Below, one piece after another: positions 1-8,214 of a DNA stretch of 64,000 nt. The notes under the pieces are model-generated. The model ran no database searches and was not told the origin of the DNA. It saw only the letters and a program-made list of their open reading frames with translations. The translations under genes were made by a program, and so were the position numbers. The stretch comes from a bacterium (GTDB lineage: Bacteria > Patescibacteriota > Minisyncoccia > Moranbacterales > UBA2206): NCBI GenBank assembly GCA_021785125.1, contig JAJYGF010000004.1:3124-67123 (forward strand), written 5' to 3'. Position 1 is the first letter of the stretch. Each line of letters opens with the position of its first letter.

Positions 1-671
1 GCAGTTCCGATCTTTTCGCCGGCGCTAAGCTTGATGTCGACGCTTTTTCCGCATGATTCGAAAATTTCATCGCCGGCAGTCACATTATTGCAATAATCGA
101 AAGGGGAAACGAAAGAGTTGAGGAGCTTGTCGGACAAAGAAGTCAGATGATAAAAAAATCCTGAGATATCGGAGCAAGGAGAGAAGCTCAAAGTATAATC
201 CGTCCGTAGGAGATTTTTGCGGCTTTGATCCGAGAAATATCGGAATCTTTCTATCTTGAAAACAGTGATATCTCCCGGAGAAAAAACATCGGTCTTCAAT
301 GCGGTCCTCTGATCATCCAACGGCAGATACATATACAGATGGTTAATGGGAAAAACATGCCCGGTAGGATTCACGTGCCCCAACGGCTCGATGTAGGATA
401 TCGAAGACGGCTTGATCGGCGACACGGAAAATATGTCTTTCTTCGCGCCGCATGATGTCACATCCGCAGGAAAATCCATCCCATGATCCGCCGGTTTGGC
501 CGATGTAGCATCGTTTTGATTCTGTGCCGGGAGTGCCGTCTGAATGCTTTCCGGACGAAACAAAAACTTCTTGTCCGGCGGAGCCAAGAAAATATCCTGC
601 AGGACAAAAAGCATGGCTATGGCTAAGATGATGATGCCGGTTATTTTTATTTTTTTATGCTTTGCAAACAT
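1..671 (-). CDS. hypothetical exported/membrane-anchored protein (3' end truncated by window start)
   Basis: Reverse-strand ATG at 669-671 opens a frame that reads without stop to position 1 (MFAKHKKIKITGIIILAIAMLFVL..., N-terminal hydrophobic segment). Not in ORF track because it is open-ended. Overlapping + strand ORFs 225-455 and 544-819 judged spurious. Confidence 0.45.
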   Translation of the reverse strand, partial: MFAKHKKIKITGIIILAIAMLFVLQDIFLAPPDKKFLFRPESIQTALPAQNQNDATSAKPADHGMDFPADVTSCGAKKDIFSVSPIKPSSISYIEPLGHVNPTGHVFPINHLYMYLPLDDQRTALKTDVFSPGDITVFKIERFRYFSDQSRKNLLRTDYTLSFSPCSDISGFFYHLTSLSDKLLNSFVSPFDYCNNVTAGDEIFESCGKSVDIKLSAGEKIGT

Positions 672-961
672 ATTCCTAATTTTGTTTTATTATTTAGATC
701 CAGATATGTCAGACATGTCATGCATCTGCCGCTTATCATCATCGGCCAGATCTTCATCTAATTTCAATATGAAATCAAATCTTTGGTATTCATATTTCGT
801 GCTCATATTTAAATTGTAGCAGAAAAATAAAAACACCAGAACAAGTCTGGAGTTTTTATTTTTTGAGCTAGTTCATAGGTTAGAACCGAGTTTGCGCTGA
901 ATTATCAAAATAAAAAGGAGCTCGGTATTTAACCCAAACTCCCTGGAATCCTTTTGAAGGA

Positions 962-1306
962 CTATGCAATATTTACCACTTCGCAGTAAATTCCTTCGCC
1001 ACGCCCAACTAACTGCAGAGCGACATAAGGATTATTTTGCCAGTCGTTTTCTTTCTCCATCTTGAGAACTTGGAAATCGAATTGGCTAGAATGGTCCTTG
1101 TGACAGTGTGTCACTTTCGTAGAAACTCTTAGAATGCCCATCCTTAGCAAAATTTTAATGGCTCCTGGATAAATCAATTCGGGCCAAGTTTCCCGAATCA
1201 CTCGCTGGATCCGGTGAGGAATATAGTGCTCGTTACGGCAAAGGATCATATGCCTTTCTTTTTCTCCCACAAGAATATAAGTGAAGCCTGTATCGCACAT
1301 ATGCAA
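962..1306 (-). CDS. hypothetical protein (His/Cys-containing, weak resemblance to PTPS/QueD-like CxxHxxH region)
   Basis: 114-aa ORF from track; THCHKDHSSQF segment; no confident family assignment. Confidence 0.4.
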   Translation of the reverse strand: MHMCDTGFTYILVGEKERHMILCRNEHYIPHRIQRVIRETWPELIYPGAIKILLRMGILRVSTKVTHCHKDHSSQFDFQVLKMEKENDWQNNPYVALQLVGRGEGIYCEVVNIA

Positions 1307-1326
1307 ATCTCCTTTTCGTTCATTTG

Positions 1327-1665
1327 TTAAATGGACTGTCCAAATGCCTCCGCTATAAGTGCACTACATCCGATTGCATACTCGTTGAGAACTTCAGGAG
1401 TCATTTGCAGAACATTCTCTTCTCTGTCCCTGAGAGGACATCTTTCACATGAGAAACCATCATATCTTATGACTCTGTCAAACTTCACGATCTCTTCAAG
1501 GCAACGTTCCGCGAATTTGCATTCAGACCAGCGGCTATTCATAAGATAATCGATCATCTTTTCGGTATCCGCTTGCTGTGATCCGTTCTTCCTGATAGGA
1601 ACAATTACCGCGCCGTCTTCTAAGCGTATTTCTTCTTCCTTATGAAAACCCTTTGCTCTAGTCAT
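1327..1665 (-). CDS. hypothetical Cys-rich protein
   Basis: 112-aa ORF; CKFAERC ... CERCP cysteine pairs suggest metal binding; co-oriented with 962-1306. Confidence 0.4.
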   Translation of the reverse strand: MTRAKGFHKEEEIRLEDGAVIVPIRKNGSQQADTEKMIDYLMNSRWSECKFAERCLEEIVKFDRVIRYDGFSCERCPLRDREENVLQMTPEVLNEYAIGCSALIAEAFGQSI

Positions 1666-2038
1666 AGCACAACGCCTCCTTTTATAAGTTTTAAAGAGCT
1701 TCTATGGAAATCGTATTAGATTAACATTTAAGGCTAAAATGTCAATGGGGATATGATTTTGCGAAATTTACCTGCAATTCTTATTCTTTTTCCAAACAAT
1801 TTGTCATTTTTTAATATTTTCATCAGCAAAAAGACCTATGCCATGAATTAGAGATGTCTTTAATTTTGTTTTTACGAGAAGCATAATTTACGGTATTATT
1901 AATTTAATCATATCAAAAAAAGCCGCACGAGGCGACTTAAGTAAACTTAAACCACTCTTAATTTTTACTGGCAAGTTCATGCTTGAGCCGATTTCCGCTC
2001 CTCTTTCTCTTTTGCGGCAAATAAACCGGCGAGCCTAG

Positions 2039-2281
2039 CTATTTTTTGAAGTGTTCTTTTAATTTTCTTCTTCCGGCGCCGCTTTTCCAATATAATTCAC
2101 GCCTCTTTGCTTCAATTTCAGTTTCAAAATCTTCTTTAAAAAGTAATCTAAATGGCTTCCTGTGTTTTGTAGATTTAACTCTGCCTTGATTATGTTCTTG
2201 AAATCTCCTCTCAAAATCATTCGAATACCCAACGTAAGTTCTTAAATCTTTTAAACTTTGTAAAATATAAGTTGAATACAT
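2039..2281 (-). CDS. GIY-YIG nuclease family protein (UPF0213/YhbQ-like, catalytic domain only)
   Basis: YILQS...YVGYSNDFERRFQEHNQG matches GIY-YIG motif; 80 aa. Confidence 0.8.
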   Translation of the reverse strand: MYSTYILQSLKDLRTYVGYSNDFERRFQEHNQGRVKSTKHRKPFRLLFKEDFETEIEAKRRELYWKSGAGRRKLKEHFKK

Positions 2282-2375
2282 ATCTAAATTTTAATCTACT
2301 TTTTAAAAAATAAATAGCGTGAGCGGGCCGACTCGCTCATTTTTAAAATGAGCGGTCGAGCCTCGCTCAAATTTA

Positions 2376-2397
2376 AAAGACGCATAATGCGTCTTTT
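2376..2397. terminator. symmetric hairpin with flanking A/T tracts, likely bidirectional terminator ending the minus-strand tRNA operon
   Basis: aaaagacgcat aa tgcgtctttt perfect stem; two more GAGCG...CGCTC hairpins at 2297-2370. Confidence 0.5.
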
Positions 2398-2404
2398 AAA
2401 TTTG

Positions 2405-2476
2405 AGCGGGTAACGGGAGTCGGACCCGTATCTCTACCTTGGCAAGGTAATATAATAGCCGCTATACGATACCCGC
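2405..2476 (-). tRNA. tRNA-Gly (anticodon GCC)
   Basis: Reverse complement GCGGGTA..TTACC TTGCCAA GGTAG..ACGGG TCCGACT CCCGT TACCCGC T folds as cloverleaf; anticodon arm identical to E. coli tRNA-Gly(GCC) core ACCTTGCCAAGGT; T-loop is atypical (TCCGACT). No CCA encoded. Confidence 0.6.
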
Positions 2477-2530
2477 CTTCGCTATAGCTTCGGCGGGCAA
2501 GCCCGCTTAAACCTAGCATATTCATTTGTG

Positions 2531-2843
2531 TGCCTGGAGTCAGAATTGAACTGACGACACGAGGATTTTCCTCTATATTTGTCTTGGGTTTCCCACAAGG
2601 ATCGGACTATTTCTTCACCGCTCGGTAACCGAGTACGGTGTTAGGCGCTCACGCAAGATTATTGTTGGGACTCACTCGCTAGTCTCTACACCTTCTTCAG
2701 GATCAAGGCCCGCTGAAGCTTGGCTCGAGATTGCCATATCTGTGAAGATTTAGGCTTCCTCGAATTCACCTAATTTTTAAGACTGCATTACTGCAGAATG
2801 GACCGAAAACCAGTCCTCTGCTCTACCACTGAGCTATCCAGGC
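2531..2843 (-). tRNA. tRNA-Phe (anticodon GAA) interrupted by an intron in the anticodon loop; 5' exon 2812-2843, 3' exon 2531-2570
   Basis: Joined exons GCCTGGATAGCTCAGTGGTAGAGCAGAGGACT|GAAAATCCTCGTGTCGTCAGTTCAATTCTGACTCCAGGCA is near-identical to E. coli tRNA-Phe; exons separated by 241 nt. Confidence 0.75.
2571..2811 (-). ncRNA. group I self-splicing intron (ORF-less, ~241 nt) in tRNA-Phe anticodon loop
   Basis: 5' splice site after U33 with exon GGACU pairing to intron GGUCC (U.G wobble, P1); P2 hairpin CUGCA-GUAA-UGCAG (GNRA loop); R-like GUAGAGACUAGC and S-like AAAUAGUCCG elements forming P7 (GACUA/UAGUC); intron ends in G before exon GAAAAUCCUC. Boundaries +/-2 nt. Confidence 0.7.
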
Positions 2844-2864
2844 AATTCGTGACTCATTTATCTG

Positions 2865-2937
2865 TGCGCGCTGAGGGACTCGAACCCCCAACCCTCTCGG
2901 TGTAAACGAGATGCTCTAGCCATTGAGCTAAGCGCGC
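2865..2937 (-). tRNA. tRNA-Val (anticodon TAC)
   Basis: GCGCGCT TA GCTC AATGGCTA GAGC A TCTCG TTTACAC CGAGA .. GGGGG TTCGAGT CCCTC AGCGCGC A. Confidence 0.8.
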
Positions 2938-2954
2938 ATAATATTTTAAAATTG

Positions 2955-3038
2955 TGGGCGAAAGAGGACTCGAACCTCCAAGGGATTACTCCCACAAGCA
3001 CCTCAAGCTTGCGCGTATACCAGTTCCGCCATCCGCCC
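2955..3038 (-). tRNA. tRNA-Leu (anticodon GAG), long variable arm
   Basis: GGGCGGA..CAAGC TTGAGGT GCTTG + variable stem-loop GGGA-GTAA-TCCC + GGAGG TTCGAGT CCTCT TTCGCCC A. Confidence 0.8.
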
Positions 3039-3065
3039 ACATGAATGCGGTGAATATACCAATTC

Positions 3066-3097
3066 CCCGCCTCGACTCGCCGTCTCGGCGAGGCGGG
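3066..3097. other. GC-rich stem-loop immediately downstream of rplS (possible processing/termination structure; weak U-tract)
   Basis: cccgcctcgactcgccg tct cggcgag gcggg. Confidence 0.3.
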
Positions 3098-3116
3098 CAC
3101 CACGAAGGCGTGGAAA

Positions 3117-3563
3117 CTATTTTGTTTCTTCTATTTTTTCTTCTTTAGCTTCAGCGATAGCTTCTTCAGCAACCGGCTCAGCCGCAACCGGAGCTTCTTC
3201 CGGAACGATTGAAGCGGCTTCCTTATATTTCATGCGGCTCTTCTTGGCGGTCAAACCTCTCAAAAAATATAATTTTGCTCTTCGAACTTTGGCAGTTTTG
3301 ACCAGTTCAATCTTATCGATGCTTGGAGAATAGATCGGCAGGATCAGCTCGACTCCCACACCATTGGAAACTTTCCGCACAGTGATGGTTGGAGAAGAGC
3401 TCTGCTTTCCCTTAACGGCGATAATCAATCCCTCAAATACCTGAACCCTATCCTTCTCGCCTTCTTTGATCTTGCGATAAACTTTCACAACATCCCCAGA
3501 CTTGAAATCAGAGGCTTGTTTTGTCCTTTGTTCCTTGTTGAATTCGATAACTTTCTTTTGCAT
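3117..3563 (-). CDS. rplS: 50S ribosomal protein L19
   Basis: Full-length match to L19 pattern (GDVVKVYRKIKEGEKDRVQVFEGLIIAVKG...); acidic C-terminal tail. Confidence 0.9.
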   Translation of the reverse strand: MQKKVIEFNKEQRTKQASDFKSGDVVKVYRKIKEGEKDRVQVFEGLIIAVKGKQSSSPTITVRKVSNGVGVELILPIYSPSIDKIELVKTAKVRRAKLYFLRGLTAKKSRMKYKEAASIVPEEAPVAAEPVAEEAIAEAKEEKIEETK

Positions 3564-3675
3564 ATGGTTATTATACTACTGTCGCCGCCGTGCGGAAGAG
3601 AGTTTAAAATTAAAATAAACTCATCAATGAGTATTAGAAAAATTGTTAAATTTTTAGCTTTTTCATATTACCTTT

Positions 3676-4611
3676 TTATTCAATTTTAGTCAAGAATGAA
3701 GCGAAATCGGCCGGCAGTTCCGACTGAAAATCAAACTCTTCGCCCCAAAGCTTGAATTTCAGGCTTTTAGCGTGCAGGAGCTGCCTCATTGTCCCGGCCG
3801 GATTTTTGAGATATTTCCGGGCATATTTCTCATCGCCTACGATCGGATGGCCGAGCGAAGCGAAATGCACCCTGATCTGATGCATACGTCCGGTCTTGGG
3901 GCGCGCTTCTATCAGATCAAAATCACGAAACCTTTTCACGACTCCATATTCGGTTACGGCCGGCCGGGCAGTGCCCTTGATCTTTCCTTCGGCAATCTTC
4001 TGTTTTTTGAAGTTCGCCGCCCGCGCGATCGGCGCATCGATCACGCCTTCTGTGGAATCAAGATGGCCGTGCACCAGAGCGACATACTTCTTTTCAATTT
4101 CCCGATGCGCAAATTGCCTTTTCAATTCATTGAATGTTTTTTGATTCCGCGCGACCACCATGACGCCGCTCGTATCCTTGTCCAATCTATGCACGATGCC
4201 GGGACGCATCCAACCGAAAGTCGAATCGTCATGCACATCTTTCATTTTCGGAAATTCCGCGACCAATCCGTTCGCCAAAGTGTTTTCTTTTTCCACAGCG
4301 GAAGGATGGACCTGCAATCCGGCCGGTTTGTTTATTACGATTATGTTTTCGTCCTTGTAAACAATTTCCAGCTTTATTTTTGCATTTGAGGACAACTCCT
4401 CTTTTTTCTTTTCCAAATCTATCGAAATAACATCCTGGCCCCTCAACGAATAACTTGGCTTCACGACTTTTTCATTCACAGTTATTTTTCCGGCTTTAAT
4501 GGCACGGATTATTTCTCCGCGGGCCATATCCATATCCAAAAAAAATCCCTCCTTGAGGAACTTGTCTATTCTGACATTCGTTTGTTGGTCGCTGAAAATA
4601 ATTTTTTTCAT
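3676..4611 (-). CDS. RluA-family 23S rRNA pseudouridine synthase (RluD-like) with N-terminal S4 domain
   Basis: HRLDKDTSGVMVVA catalytic motif; S4-like N-terminus; 311 aa. Confidence 0.85.
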   Translation of the reverse strand: MKKIIFSDQQTNVRIDKFLKEGFFLDMDMARGEIIRAIKAGKITVNEKVVKPSYSLRGQDVISIDLEKKKEELSSNAKIKLEIVYKDENIIVINKPAGLQVHPSAVEKENTLANGLVAEFPKMKDVHDDSTFGWMRPGIVHRLDKDTSGVMVVARNQKTFNELKRQFAHREIEKKYVALVHGHLDSTEGVIDAPIARAANFKKQKIAEGKIKGTARPAVTEYGVVKRFRDFDLIEARPKTGRMHQIRVHFASLGHPIVGDEKYARKYLKNPAGTMRQLLHAKSLKFKLWGEEFDFQSELPADFASFLTKIE

Positions 4612-4612
4612 G

Positions 4613-4694
4613 TGGGGATGGAGAGACTCGAACTCTCACGGATCGCTCCACCAGTTCCTAAGACTGGCGTGTATACCAATTTCACCACATCCCC
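4613..4694 (-). tRNA. tRNA-Leu (anticodon TAG)
   Basis: GGGGATG..CCAGT CTTAGGA ACTGG + long variable arm + GAGAG TTCGAGT CTCTC CATCCCC A. Confidence 0.8.
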
Positions 4695-4713
4695 AATCTG
4701 CTTTACAGCATGT

Positions 4714-5010
4714 TTAACGCAAAATTTTCGCTAATCTTTCGACTTCGATTTTCAATGCTCCATCGTCTTCATATTCGCCATGATGGCGAGTACTGTCTCC
4801 ATATGTCTCTTTTTTCTGGTCGAGATGGATATTTACAAGCATGTCCGCGCCTGATAAAGATATGTACATGTGAAACCTGGGAAAACCCGCGCGCGCCAGA
4901 GGACGCACGAAGCTCATCTCGCCCTTTTCCGTCTTGTGTTGGAAGACATAACCCGCTCTTCGGAAAAGATTCACGGGATTAGCTGTAATATTTTTGATTT
5001 CCAGTTGCAT
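4714..5010 (-). CDS. hypothetical protein
   Basis: 98-aa ORF wedged between tRNA-Leu and tRNA-Pro on the same strand; no recognisable motif. Confidence 0.45.
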   Translation of the reverse strand: MQLEIKNITANPVNLFRRAGYVFQHKTEKGEMSFVRPLARAGFPRFHMYISLSGADMLVNIHLDQKKETYGDSTRHHGEYEDDGALKIEVERLAKILR

Positions 5011-5017
5011 AAGCTTG

Positions 5018-5088
5018 TCGGAGTGCTGGGAATTGAACCCAGGTTACACGAACCCGAATCGTGCGTAATACCGTTATACGACACTCCG
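5018..5088 (-). tRNA. tRNA-Pro (anticodon CGG)
   Basis: CGGAGTG..CACGA TTCGGGT TCGTG TAACC TGGG TTCAATT CCCAG CACTCCG A. Confidence 0.75.
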
Positions 5089-5112
5089 ATAAAGATTCAT
5101 TTTCAACAGATG

Positions 5113-5196
5113 TGCCTTGGGCGAGACTCGAACTCGCACAGTATTGCTACTACATGCACCTGAAGCATGCGTGTATACCAATTTCACCACCAAGGC
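5113..5196 (-). tRNA. tRNA-Leu (anticodon CAG)
   Basis: GCCTTGG..CATGC TTCAGGT GCATG + long variable arm + GCGAG TTCGAGT CTCGC CCAAGGC A. Confidence 0.8.
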
Positions 5197-5198
5197 TT

Positions 5199-5813
5199 TT
5201 ATATGATTTCCTGGTTCACTCTTTGCAAAATATCCTTAACTTTATCATTTCCACGCAATTTGTCCACTGCTTCGATAATCGCATCCGCATCAGCCGCTAA
5301 AGACGGCTGTTTGCTCAGAAAGATATGCATAGTTTTATCATTTGGCCTTTCTTCGAAATATCTTGCAATTATCGCGTACCACATTTCGAACGATTCTCTC
5401 GAAACATCCAGGCCTGTCCCGATCTCCGGAGGATTATTGAAAAATAAACGTACCTTCTCCCAGTTGTTATATGAATCATAAACCAGCTCGTCCTCCAGCA
5501 ATTTGGCCGCCAATCCGGCCATTTCCGCAGTGCCATCGATAGCATAGAAATTATACCGGTTTAATATCTCTTCCCGCTTCATATCGCAATACAGATGAAA
5601 TTTCCAGCCAGCTTCAAATGAAGACATATTTGAAAAATCCAGATCCAAACAATCATAGCACAGATGGGTATCTTTTCTTTTCACGGACTCGTCAATCCTC
5701 CGGATGTCTGGAAAACAACAGCCCAGCATAAACTGGTCCTTGTCGATCGTGTTCGACGGATATTTCTCGAAATATCTCTGAGCGTAAATTATATGTGAAA
5801 CTTGTGAAGCCAT
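5199..5813 (-). CDS. hypothetical protein (Cys/His-rich, possible metal-dependent hydrolase)
   Basis: 204-aa ORF; GCCFPD...HLCYDCLD...WKFHLYCD segments. Confidence 0.5.
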   Translation of the reverse strand: MASQVSHIIYAQRYFEKYPSNTIDKDQFMLGCCFPDIRRIDESVKRKDTHLCYDCLDLDFSNMSSFEAGWKFHLYCDMKREEILNRYNFYAIDGTAEMAGLAAKLLEDELVYDSYNNWEKVRLFFNNPPEIGTGLDVSRESFEMWYAIIARYFEERPNDKTMHIFLSKQPSLAADADAIIEAVDKLRGNDKVKDILQRVNQEII

Positions 5814-5827
5814 ATCTAATTATATCA

Positions 5828-7294
5828 TCATTTGACCCAGTGCTTTTCTTTTATCTCCTTGTCATCCTCTTCCTTCTTTTCTTCTATCTTTTCTTTCGCC
5901 ATCTCGCGGAGTTTTTCCAAATCTTTCTTATCCAATTCCTTTGCGCGCCTCAGAAGATATTCACGATCATTTTTTGAAGCGTCTTCGATGACTTCAGAAA
6001 GCAGGACATCCAGGATCGCCCCGATCTTCGGACCGGGCTTCAATCCCAATTCTTCCATCAGGTCCGAACCGTTGATCTTGAGCATCTTCACCGAAACGGC
6101 ATCGTGCGAAAGCTTGTCGATCATATATTCCAGATGTCGCAGCTTGTACGGCTTGGCTTTCGGCGTGCCGGATCCGAGACGGTCCGCGATTCGCACATTG
6201 ATCAGATCCTTCATATTTTCCAGCCCGACTTTTTTGATCAATCTTCTGACCGACGCATCGCCGACTTCCTCGGGATTGTAATAGAACATATGATTGTCGA
6301 CCAGAAGAGAAACTTTTCCGATAATTTCATTGGAAAAACGCAATCTTTCCAAGATTTTCCGAGCCACCCTGGCTCCGACATGGTCATGGTTGTAGAAAGT
6401 CGATAATTGGCCCTCTCCCCGTTTGGTCTGCGGCTTGGCAACGTCATGCAAAAGAGAGGCCAGGCGCACATCCAATTTTTTGGAAGGACAATATTTCAGC
6501 GCCAGGATGGAATGTTTGTAAATCGTATAGATATGATGCCGATTTTGCGCGACGCCCACGCCCTTCTCCAATTCGGGAATGATATGATCCAGAAGCCCCG
6601 CTTCATGCAGCATATCGATGCCTTCAGCCGGATTGTCGGATAGGATTATTTTGGCCAACTCGTCCCTGATCCTCTCTTGCGAAATATGCTTCATGTGTCC
6701 ATGATATTTTTTGATAGCTTCGAAAGTTTTTTCTTCGATGGAAAATCCCAATTCCGCATGGAAACGGATCGCGCGCATCATGCGGAGCGCGTCTTCATCG
6801 AAACGTTCGTGGGAATCTCCGACCGTCCTGATCATTTTATCCGCTATATCTTTCCGGCCGTGATACGGATCTATAATTTCAAAATCCGAATCATGGACGC
6901 GCAAGGCGACCGCATTCATCGCAAAGTCCCTCCTCGACAAATCCTCTTGCAAATTTTTAGCAAATTTAATTTCATCCGGCCTGCGCTTGTCGGAATATTT
7001 CGATTCGATACGAAATGTCGTTACTTCGATGACATCATATTCCCTTTCGGGATTGCCATTGGGTGCAAATTTTTCAACCTTCACTCCGACCGTTCCGAAT
7101 TCATTCTCATAGAAACTGTCCGGAAAGATCTTTTGGACCTCTTCCGGCTTGGCTGAAGTCGTGATATCCCAGTCTTTGGGAATCCGGTCCATAATCAAAT
7201 CACGCACACACCCTCCGACGATGTATGCTTCAAATCCGCCTCCTTCTATTTTTTTCAGGACGAGACGAACCTGCTTGGGGATTTTTTTGATCAT
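5828..7294 (-). CDS. cca: CCA-adding tRNA nucleotidyltransferase / poly(A) polymerase family with HD domain
   Basis: GGCVRDLIMDRIPKDWDITT head-domain motif; HDVAKP HD motif; located among tRNA genes that lack encoded CCA. Confidence 0.8.
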   Translation of the reverse strand: MIKKIPKQVRLVLKKIEGGGFEAYIVGGCVRDLIMDRIPKDWDITTSAKPEEVQKIFPDSFYENEFGTVGVKVEKFAPNGNPEREYDVIEVTTFRIESKYSDKRRPDEIKFAKNLQEDLSRRDFAMNAVALRVHDSDFEIIDPYHGRKDIADKMIRTVGDSHERFDEDALRMMRAIRFHAELGFSIEEKTFEAIKKYHGHMKHISQERIRDELAKIILSDNPAEGIDMLHEAGLLDHIIPELEKGVGVAQNRHHIYTIYKHSILALKYCPSKKLDVRLASLLHDVAKPQTKRGEGQLSTFYNHDHVGARVARKILERLRFSNEIIGKVSLLVDNHMFYYNPEEVGDASVRRLIKKVGLENMKDLINVRIADRLGSGTPKAKPYKLRHLEYMIDKLSHDAVSVKMLKINGSDLMEELGLKPGPKIGAILDVLLSEVIEDASKNDREYLLRRAKELDKKDLEKLREMAKEKIEEKKEEDDKEIKEKHWVK

Positions 7295-7305
7295 CGTTTT
7301 AGCGG

Positions 7306-7378
7306 TGCTCTCGGCAGGAATCGAACCTACGACGCCCGCCTTAGGACGGCGGCGCTCTATCCACTGAGCTACGAGAGC
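7306..7378 (-). tRNA. tRNA-Arg (anticodon CCT)
   Basis: GCTCTCG TA GCTC AGTGGATA GAGC G CCGCC GTCCTAA GGCGG .. GTAGG TTCGATT CCTGC CGAGAGC A. Confidence 0.75.
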
Positions 7379-7445
7379 AATACAATTATTGACGATTTAT
7401 ACTAGCACAAAGCTGCTGTTTATACAATACCATCACGTCCTAAGA

Positions 7446-7474
7446 TTGACAAAGCATTACTTTTTTATTAATAT
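7446..7474 (+). promoter_or_regulatory. sigma70-like promoter (TTGACA-17-TAATAT) for 7493-8182
   Basis: ttgaca aagcattacttttttat taatat. Confidence 0.45.
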
Positions 7475-7492
7475 CTGAGATAGTTTTTTAAA

Positions 7493-8182
7493 ATGTATGG
7501 GCACAATTTACAACTTGGAGGAAAACAAGCTATGCCAAGAACGAGAAAAAGCGGATGCCTGCCAGATAAGTTGACCCTAATCTCATTGGAGATATCAATA
7601 ATCGGTCTCCAGATTTCTTTACGAGAAACTCTTGGAAAAGAAAAGGCCTATAACTTATTTCTCGACAGGACTGAGGAAGGAAGAGATGTTTTTTCAGTAG
7701 TAATACCCAGCATGTTTTTTAAAAAGGTCTGGGATAAAATCAAGAAATGCCCTACTGTTGAAATAAGGCATAGGCGTTCTGGAGGAATCGCTGACGGTAA
7801 AATTGGCACCATGGAAAAGGGAAGGAGATTTGCCATTTTCAAAAGCGAGAGAACATTTACGACTGACATGCAAGGACTGGTCAATATCTTATATCCGAAA
7901 ATAATGGAGGTGATGGCTGATTATCAGCCATCCGACAAGATATTGATAAAAAATCTCCTGCTACTGAAGGCAGTGCGTGAGAAGCTCTATTGGCTTGGAT
8001 TAGAAAACTTTTTTTCGCTTGACATAGAAAATATATGTTTCACGCCAAATAAGGATTTTTATTTTTTTATTCTAAATAAATCGGCGAAAACATATATTTT
8101 TTTCAAGCTAAAAAACAGATATTCATCAACAGAGCTAAAAAAACAACTCAGGAGAAAGCTAAAAAAACCAAAGGGCGCCTAG
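7493..8182 (+). CDS. hypothetical protein
   Basis: 229-aa ORF with upstream promoter and downstream intrinsic terminator. Confidence 0.55.
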   Translation: MYGHNLQLGGKQAMPRTRKSGCLPDKLTLISLEISIIGLQISLRETLGKEKAYNLFLDRTEEGRDVFSVVIPSMFFKKVWDKIKKCPTVEIRHRRSGGIADGKIGTMEKGRRFAIFKSERTFTTDMQGLVNILYPKIMEVMADYQPSDKILIKNLLLLKAVREKLYWLGLENFFSLDIENICFTPNKDFYFFILNKSAKTYIFFKLKNRYSSTELKKQLRRKLKKPKGA

Positions 8183-8199
8183 CGCCCTTTTTTTATTTT
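8172..8199 (+). terminator. rho-independent terminator
   Basis: agggcgcc ta gcgccct + TTTTTTTATTTT. Confidence 0.7.
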
Positions 8200-8214
8200 T
8201 CACAATTTGTATCG

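Noticed and set aside
225-819. Track ORFs 225-455 (+) and 544-819 (+)
   Set aside because: Both overlap a longer uninterrupted minus-strand frame (start 671, open to the window edge) that has a plausible N-terminal membrane anchor. The plus-strand ORFs are short and lack motifs.
3066-3097. GC-rich hairpin after rplS as a classic intrinsic terminator
   Set aside because: No convincing U-tract on the minus strand after the stem. Retained only as a stem-loop of uncertain function.
3772-4389. 205-aa antisense ORF inside the RluA-family gene
   Set aside because: Entirely embedded opposite a gene with clear pseudouridine synthase motifs; no motif of its own.
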